Shown here one piece after another: positions 58,240 through 64,000 of a DNA stretch of 64,000 nt. The stretch is from Thermoplasmata archaeon. Its GTDB lineage: Archaea > Thermoplasmatota > Thermoplasmata > RBG-16-68-12 > JAGMCJ01. The notes under the pieces were generated by a model. That model was not told the DNA's origin. It saw only the letters and a program-made list of their open reading frames with translations, and made no database searches. Each line of letters opens with the position of its first letter. Position 1 is the first letter of the stretch. The translations under genes and the position numbers were made by a program. The DNA lies in NCBI GenBank assembly GCA_046761045.1, contig JBHIFJ010000001.1, positions 11,795 through 75,794 on the forward strand. Direction: 5' to 3'.

Positions 58240-59310
58240 TTGAGGTCGACTGGCACCGGGAAGCTTGAGGGCACAAGGCGAAGTGCTGACGAGGGTTTCG
58301 CCAGGGCATCCGTGCAGGAACTCAGGTCTGTCATCGAGGAAGCCAACAGTCTCGGAATAGAGGCTCCCGAGCTGGAAGAGATGCTACAAGAAAGCATCGA
58401 AGCCCTGGAGGGGCTCTCAAACGAAGACCTCGTTCCATCCTATTCGGCTGCCGCCCAGATTGCAGCGGAGGGAATCAAAGAGGGGCGGCGCTTAGTATCC
58501 TCCTATCTTGAGGCCTCGAACGCCATTGAAAGAACAGAGGACCTCATACGGACCGAATACGAGAATCAGGGGGACATTCATGGCAATGTCTTCCAGCATC
58601 TCATACTGTCGCCGAGCCTTGAGCTTCTAGATGAGTCGAAGTCGTGCCTCACCGACGGGGAGATCCAACGGGTTCAAGAGATTCTCAATCAGATAAGGAA
58701 TCTCCCCAGGAGGGTCAGGAAGGAATGCCAGGAGAACGCTGAGGTGTACCGCTACTGCGAGACTATTCTGGACGAACTGAAGAGCGAGGGGGTCGTGGCC
58801 CAGGAGATCGAGGATATACTTAGGATAGCGAGGACCGCCTTCCTGAATGGTAGATTCGAGCGCGTCAAGGAACTCTCCGAGGTGATTGAGAAAAAGGCCA
58901 TAGAGCTGAGGGAGAGGCACAGGTCAGCAATCCGTGAATTGAAACGAGCGAAAAGCGCTTCCATCTCACTGAAGAAGATCAATGTCCGTTCTGAGGAGGC
59001 GGAGGAGACGTTGGTCGAAGCGTGTGTCTCCATGAAGGACGGTGACTACGAGAAATGCATCCAGCTCGCAAGGGAGGCAATCTCATTGGCCAGCGGAATC
59101 CGTAAGAGGTACAGGACGCTTGTGGAAAGATTGGATGCATTGAAGCGCGAGATGAAACTGATTCAGAGGTCCGGGAAGGATATTCCGAGGGACATCGAGG
59201 GCATGGTCAAGAGGGCCGAGAGTCAGCTCAAGAAAGGGAACCATGAGGGCTCTGAGGCGGAGATTGAGATAGCCTCGTTGCTGCTGAACAGATTTGAGCC
59301 CTCGTTCTAG
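58240..59310 (+). CDS. Alpha-helical hypothetical protein
   Basis: 356 aa from TTG (alternative internal ATG starts); helix/coiled-coil-rich, no motifs. Confidence 0.35.
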   Translation: MRSTGTGKLEGTRRSADEGFARASVQELRSVIEEANSLGIEAPELEEMLQESIEALEGLSNEDLVPSYSAAAQIAAEGIKEGRRLVSSYLEASNAIERTEDLIRTEYENQGDIHGNVFQHLILSPSLELLDESKSCLTDGEIQRVQEILNQIRNLPRRVRKECQENAEVYRYCETILDELKSEGVVAQEIEDILRIARTAFLNGRFERVKELSEVIEKKAIELRERHRSAIRELKRAKSASISLKKINVRSEEAEETLVEACVSMKDGDYEKCIQLAREAISLASGIRKRYRTLVERLDALKREMKLIQRSGKDIPRDIEGMVKRAESQLKKGNHEGSEAEIEIASLLLNRFEPSF

Positions 59311-59360
59311 TCTGCCAAGCTTTTTTAGGAGCGTATCCTTTTCAGTCGAGGGGTGAGAGG

Positions 59361-60506
59361 ATGGATTTCGAGTTGACAGAGGAACAGATGATGCTTAGGA
59401 AGATGGTTCATGATCTTGCGGAGAGGGAGCTCAAGCCGGTCGCCGCAGAGATCGACAGGACAGGAGAGTTCCCGTGGGACAACATAAGGAAGATGGGAGA
59501 ACTCGGTCTGATGGGCATGACGATTGCACCGGAGTACGGCGGGGCTGGCATGGACACAATCAGCTACGCCATCGCAGTGGAGGAGGTCTCTCGTGTCTGT
59601 GGTTCCACAGGTCTCATAATGGCCTCTCACAACTCGCTTTGCTCGGAGCACATCAACATCGCGGGCAGTGAGGAGCAGAAAAGGAAATACCTGCCCGACC
59701 TGGCTGGAGGCAAGGTCATGGGCTCCTGGGGACTCACAGAGCCCGGGGCCGGGTCCGATGCTGGCGCAGTGGCAACTACCGCCGAATCGAAGGGTGGGGA
59801 GTGGATACTGAACGGGAGAAAGGTCTTCATAACGAACGGTCACGAGGCCAAGACATTCGTCATCATTGCATCCACGGACAAGTCCAAGGGAAGCAGGGGA
59901 ATGAGCGCCTTCGTGGTGGAGAGGGACGCACCCGGGTTCAGTCTCGGAAAGAAGGAGGAGAAGCTCGGACTCCATGCTTCGGTGGCATCAGAGATTATTC
60001 TCGAGAACTGCGCTATCCCCGAGGAGAACCTCCTGGGTGAGAAGGACCAGGCGTTTCGGGATGTGCTCAAGGTGTTGGACGGAGGAAGGATAAGCATCGG
60101 TGCGATGGCCTTGGGAATCGCGCAGGGATGCTACGAAGCCTCGCTTGAGTACTCCAAGACAAGGGAGCAGTTCGGGCAGACAATCAGCAGTTTCCAGGCA
60201 ATCCAATGGATGTTGGCGGATATGGCAATGGAGATTGATGCGGCCAGACTCCTTGTGTACCGAGCTGCATATCTCAAGGACCAGGGTAAGAGGTACAAGA
60301 AGGAGGCCTCCATGTGCAAGCTCTTCGCATCCGAAGTGGGCATGCGGACGGCCACCAAGGCCATCCAGATTCATGGCGGGTACGGATACACGAAGGACTA
60401 TCCAGTCGAGCGGATGTTCAGGGACGTCAAGCTCACTGAGATAGGTGAGGGAACGAGTGAGATCCAGCGAATGGTGATCGCTCGAGAGATCCTGAAAGGA
60501 AGGTAG
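59361..60506 (+). CDS. Acyl-CoA dehydrogenase
   Basis: 381 aa; ACAD N/M/C domain order, FAD-binding [13 protein letters not shown] and C-terminal catalytic Glu region ([11 protein letters not shown]). Confidence 0.85.
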   Translation: MDFELTEEQMMLRKMVHDLAERELKPVAAEIDRTGEFPWDNIRKMGELGLMGMTIAPEYGGAGMDTISYAIAVEEVSRVCGSTGLIMASHNSLCSEHINIAGSEEQKRKYLPDLAGGKVMGSWGLTEPGAGSDAGAVATTAESKGGEWILNGRKVFITNGHEAKTFVIIASTDKSKGSRGMSAFVVERDAPGFSLGKKEEKLGLHASVASEIILENCAIPEENLLGEKDQAFRDVLKVLDGGRISIGAMALGIAQGCYEASLEYSKTREQFGQTISSFQAIQWMLADMAMEIDAARLLVYRAAYLKDQGKRYKKEASMCKLFASEVGMRTATKAIQIHGGYGYTKDYPVERMFRDVKLTEIGEGTSEIQRMVIAREILKGR

Positions 60507-60612
60507 ACGCCGGAGAAGGGAAGCAGGCCTTCGAGAAAACCAGATAGGAGGCTAAGCCCCTCGCAGAGCTATCCGAAGAATCAGGAGCAGGGAATCCCGG
60601 CCGCTCAAGCCA

Positions 60613-63600
60613 TCATAGGCGGGTGAAGTCCCTTCCTTCGTCCTTGGCAGGCCTGTCTCGCTTCGCTGGTTGTTCTGTCGTCGCGGGTTTCGGCCTGAGC
60701 ACAACATCCTTCTTGAGTGGTCTCTGACAATAGGGGCAGAAGTCCTCATCCTTTGTGCATGCGTTGCAGAGGAACTCACCGCAGTCGTGCTTCATCACGG
60801 CCATGCCGTCGTGCATCCTGCACCGTTTCCCCTCAAGAGGAGACCTCTTGCCGCGAGGTTTCACCTCTTTGGCGGGCTTCTTGGCCACCTCTCCATGGTA
60901 GTCCTCTCCCATCAGAGATCTGACCCGAACAACCTCGGGCGGCAGCTCCTCCGGCGCGAACTTCTTCAAGGACGCCTCAAGTCGCTTTGCTTTATAGATT
61001 CCTATGTTGAAGTTCTTGACGAGATTGAGAAGCGTCCGCTTCTCCGGCGGGAGCGTCAGCGCCTGTCTCAGCAGGGAATCCATTTCAGCATCGTATCCTG
61101 CTTCCACCCTCATGCCGTCGACCTTCTCGATGTAACTGAGGATTCTTCTTGCCCTCTCTATGTCGTACTGCGGGAAGTTGGCCGTTATGTCGCAGAGTCT
61201 CAAGCCGTAGGTGCCCCCAGTCTCGATGCACCGCCTCAGGACGGGGATGGAGGCCCGCTCAAGATCCTCCAGATCCGCTGAGGGCAATCTCTCTACGTCG
61301 ATGGGTTCCCTCTCACGAAGGTAGCCTATGACCTCATCCAGATAGTCGAAGGGGATGTTCAGGTCGCGGAATGCTTCCTCCTTCGTAATTGCCCTACCGT
61401 TCCGGTACTCGAACTCCAGGACCTTCCTGCCGTAGTCCCCCAGCTTCTTCTTCCGCTTCTTTTCCTCGCAGATTCTCTTCCCCTCTATGGAGGATTCATA
61501 GTTCGGGTCGATGGCCAGGGCGCTCTCGAAGGCCCTCTGAGCGCTCTCGTACCTCCCCTGATGCATGAGTGCCAGGCCTTTGCTGTTCCAGGGGACTTTG
61601 TCTTTCGGGTCGAGACCTATTGCGCGGTCATAGGCAGCGATGGCCTCCTCCCAGTTGTTCATCTTCTCGAGAGTGAGACCCATGAGCTGCCAGATCCCCT
61701 TGTCGTCCTCCCTGATCTCCGAGGCCCGCTCATACGAGCTCAGCGCGTTCTCGTAGTCGCCCATTTTCGCCGACAGGAGACCTTTCTCCCGCCACGCGTC
61801 GAAATTGTGGTAGTTGAGGTCAATGACTCTGTCATAGCTGCTGTCAGCCTCCTCGTATCTCTTCATGTTCTCGAGTATTCTTCCCCTTTCGAGCCAAACC
61901 TCGGGAATGTCTTCCCTGATGCCAAGTGTGGAATTGAGAACGTCTAGGGCATCGGGATATCTGCTCCTCTCCGTGAGTATCTTGCCCTTCGTGAGGAGCC
62001 CCTCGATGTTCTTCGGGTCCTTTGAGAAGACGTCCTCGGTCACTGCCAACGCTTCTTCGAACCTCTCCATTTTGGCCAGAGTGAGGGCCTTGCGATTCAG
62101 GAGGTTCGTGTTCTCTCTGTCCATCGTCAGAGCATCTTCGTAGGCTTTCAGGGCCCGCTCATATTTGCCCAGCGTGAAGAAGATATCTCCCCTTTTCCCG
62201 AATGCATGGGAGTTCCCCGGGTCAATCTCCAGGACCTTGTCGTAGCTCTGAATCGCCCCTTCGTAGTTCTTCATCACAAGGAGCGCATCGCCCCTCATGT
62301 TCCACGTGCTCTTGTCCATCGAGTCCATGGAAACAGCTCTGTCGAAGCTTTTGAGAGCCTCCCCGTACTTGCCCATCTTGGCGAGAGCGTATCCCTTCTT
62401 CCTTATCGTGGCGAGATGTTCTGGCTGCATCTGGAGAATGTAGTCGCACAACTCAGTGACGCCCTCATAGTCTCCCATGAGTTCGAGGATGTCCCTCTTC
62501 GCCTCGAAGAGCCTGAGGTCCTTCGGGCTTATGGAGATCGCCGATTCAATTGCGCTGAGGGCGTCATCGTTCCACCCGAGATTCCTTGCGGCAAGCGACT
62601 TCTCATACCAGCCCTCCATGCTTCCATAGTCGATGGTCGTCATGAGGTCTGCCGCCTCGTAGGCTCCTTTCCAGTCACCCAGCCTCTTGAATGTGTCCTT
62701 CTTTGCCCTGGCTACACCAATGTCATTCGGGTCGATCGCGAGAGCGTGGTCGTAGGAACCAAGGGCCTCTTTGTCCCTTCCGAGCTTGACGAGGGCCTCG
62801 GCCCTTCTCACATGGGCAAGCTTGTTGGAGGGATCGAACTCCACCACTTTGTCGAAGGCCTCTCGGGCATCGTCAAACCGCTCGAGTGCCATCAGTGTCA
62901 AACCCCTGCTGTACCAGACGTTCTTGTCCTTTGGGCCGAGCTTGAGCGCCTTGTCGTACGCGACGAGGGCCTCCTCGTAGTTCTTTAGACCCTCGAGAGC
63001 CAGGCCCTTGCTGTACCAGGTGACCCTGTCTGTGGCATCCAGCTGAATCGCCCTTTCGAGACTCTCCAGCGATTGCTCGAAATGGCCTAGTCTTCCCAGC
63101 GATTGCCCTCGATGCTTCCAGGCCTTCGCATCCTTCGGATTGACCTTGATCGCCTCATCGTAGGCCGAGACGGCCTTCTCGTAGTCCCGCATCCTCTCGT
63201 ATATCGATGCCTTCTCCATCCATGCTGAGTAGTCCTTTGGCTTGAGCACCAGGGCCCTGTCAAGGGATGTCAGAGCATCCATGGGGCGTGAGAGGAGGCT
63301 CATTGCGGTCCCTCTGTCCCTCCAAGTCTCCGCGTCGTTGGAGTCGAGGGCCAAGATCGCGTCCGCGCAGGATACTATCTGCTCATTCGCTCGTAGCCCC
63401 TTCAGAACCATGAGCTTCTTTCTCAGCAGCTCGAGGTCCCTCGGCTTCATCTCCAGAGCGATATCGAAGGCATCCTTCGCCTCTCTCAGCTCGCCCAGCT
63501 CGAGCAGGGCGACGCCCTTGTCATGGAGGGCTTCGCTGTTTGAAGGGTCCGACCTCAGGATGTAGTCGCAGACGTTGACGACCTCCCTCCAGTCCTCCAA

Positions 63601-64000
63601 TTCGATGAGGGCTTCCTTCTTGCCCGTTAGAGCATCGATGCTCTCCGGGTTGATCTTCAGGATACCATTGTATGCCCTTATGGCGTTCTTGTACTTCTTT
63701 AGCTTCTTGTATGCATCTCCCATGTCCATGAAGCTCTCTGCGTCATTCGGGTCGAGCCTGGTAATAGACTTGCTCACCTTGACGATCTCCTCCCACTTCT
63801 CCATGGCAACGAACGAACTCTTCTTCCCCCTCAGAGCCTCCAGAGAGTTCGCGTTGACTGCGAGGGCATCATCGAAGGCCTTGACTGCAGCCTCGAAGCT
63901 ATCCGCTTCGAAGAGTATCCTTCCCCTCCAAAGGTGACTCTCCTCGTCCCCCGGCCTGTATATCAGGGCCTTCTCGAAGGACTCCAGTGCCTCCTTGCCT
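60613..64000 (-). CDS. Giant TPR-repeat protein with C-terminal Cys-rich Zn-finger-like domain (5' partial, continues past window end)
   Basis: >1100 aa; >25 consecutive 34-aa TPR-like units (W..G.A......Y..A...Y..A); C-terminal C..C..C/HDC..C..C..C cluster; minus-strand frame upstream of Met at 63804 stays open and TPR-like to position 64000. Confidence 0.8.
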   Translation of the reverse strand, partial: GKEALESFEKALIYRPGDEESHLWRGRILFEADSFEAAVKAFDDALAVNANSLEALRGKKSSFVAMEKWEEIVKVSKSITRLDPNDAESFMDMGDAYKKLKKYKNAIRAYNGILKINPESIDALTGKKEALIELEDWREVVNVCDYILRSDPSNSEALHDKGVALLELGELREAKDAFDIALEMKPRDLELLRKKLMVLKGLRANEQIVSCADAILALDSNDAETWRDRGTAMSLLSRPMDALTSLDRALVLKPKDYSAWMEKASIYERMRDYEKAVSAYDEAIKVNPKDAKAWKHRGQSLGRLGHFEQSLESLERAIQLDATDRVTWYSKGLALEGLKNYEEALVAYDKALKLGPKDKNVWYSRGLTLMALERFDDAREAFDKVVEFDPSNKLAHVRRAEALVKLGRDKEALGSYDHALAIDPNDIGVARAKKDTFKRLGDWKGAYEAADLMTTIDYGSMEGWYEKSLAARNLGWNDDALSAIESAISISPKDLRLFEAKRDILELMGDYEGVTELCDYILQMQPEHLATIRKKGYALAKMGKYGEALKSFDRAVSMDSMDKSTWNMRGDALLVMKNYEGAIQSYDKVLEIDPGNSHAFGKRGDIFFTLGKYERALKAYEDALTMDRENTNLLNRKALTLAKMERFEEALAVTEDVFSKDPKNIEGLLTKGKILTERSRYPDALDVLNSTLGIREDIPEVWLERGRILENMKRYEEADSSYDRVIDLNYHNFDAWREKGLLSAKMGDYENALSSYERASEIREDDKGIWQLMGLTLEKMNNWEEAIAAYDRAIGLDPKDKVPWNSKGLALMHQGRYESAQRAFESALAIDPNYESSIEGKRICEEKKRKKKLGDYGRKVLEFEYRNGRAITKEEAFRDLNIPFDYLDEVIGYLREREPIDVERLPSADLEDLERASIPVLRRCIETGGTYGLRLCDITANFPQYDIERARRILSYIEKVDGMRVEAGYDAEMDSLLRQALTLPPEKRTLLNLVKNFNIGIYKAKRLEASLKKFAPEELPPEVVRVRSLMGEDYHGEVAKKPAKEVKPRGKRSPLEGKRCRMHDGMAVMKHDCGEFLCNACTKDEDFCPYCQRPLKKDVVLRPKPATTEQPAKRDRPAKDEGRDFTRL

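Noticed and set aside
59325-59975. 216-aa minus-strand ORF overlapping the acyl-CoA dehydrogenase
   Set aside because: It is antisense to a well-supported gene.
63804-63806. Met at 63804 as the true start of the TPR protein
   Set aside because: The same frame continues without stops and with TPR-like sequence to the window edge, so the Met is probably internal.
1-64000. CRISPR arrays, rRNA genes, transposases or integrases
   Set aside because: No short regularly spaced direct repeats were found. No DDE/tyrosine-recombinase-like ORFs were found. No rRNA-like conserved stretches were found.

Overview
This 64 kb window reads as archaeal chromosome of roughly 57% GC. The clearest markers are a TFB gene with a TATA box, a split transketolase, a long-type FKBP, archaeal-type tRNAs with TATA promoters, and a possible Hjc-like nuclease (low confidence). 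Almost every gene is tightly packed and operonic.

Housekeeping and central metabolism:
- A BtuFCD/FecBCD-type ABC importer (iron-siderophore/cobalamin type).
- glmU-glmS, hisS, tRNA-Asp(GTC) and tRNA-Arg(CCT).
- A non-oxidative pentose-phosphate block: split transketolase, transaldolase and rpe.
- A MoxR AAA+ ATPase operon with a DUF58 protein and membrane proteins.
- A methylmalonyl-CoA mutase large subunit, its B12-binding subunit and MeaB, next to an acyl-CoA dehydrogenase.
- Assorted single genes: GNATs, EamA transporters, UspA, an ArsB-family permease, endonuclease IV and a PAPS-reductase-like protein.

The more unusual content:
1. A two-gene module at the 5' end. It encodes a double zinc-ribbon/coiled-coil protein followed 8 nt later by a 1195-aa protein that is essentially one continuous E/K/R-rich coiled coil. 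No NTPase motifs are visible.
2. A 9.7 kb minus-strand operon that is continuous and translationally coupled. A four-subunit 2-oxoacid:ferredoxin oxidoreductase (korDABG order) runs straight into a heterodisulfide-reductase-like bifurcation module. That module is a tandem-duplicated 995-aa HdrA, a standalone MvhD, an HdrC-HdrB fusion and an HdrA-MvhD fusion. No hydrogenase genes are present.
3. A cell-surface gene cluster. It encodes a 911-aa secreted protein with a WCPPC thioredoxin-like domain, a thrombospondin-type-3 (Asp-rich, Ca-binding) repeat protein, and a 714-aa membrane-anchored multiheme c-type cytochrome. The cytochrome has seven CxxCH motifs, a CX3CH, a CLHCM and many N-glycosylation sequons.

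The last two surface proteins end in similar C-terminal anchors: a transmembrane helix, then RR and APPE.

The 3' end is a giant TPR-repeat protein with a C-terminal Cys-rich finger. It runs open off the window edge.

No CRISPR array, rRNA or obvious transposase or integrase was found.
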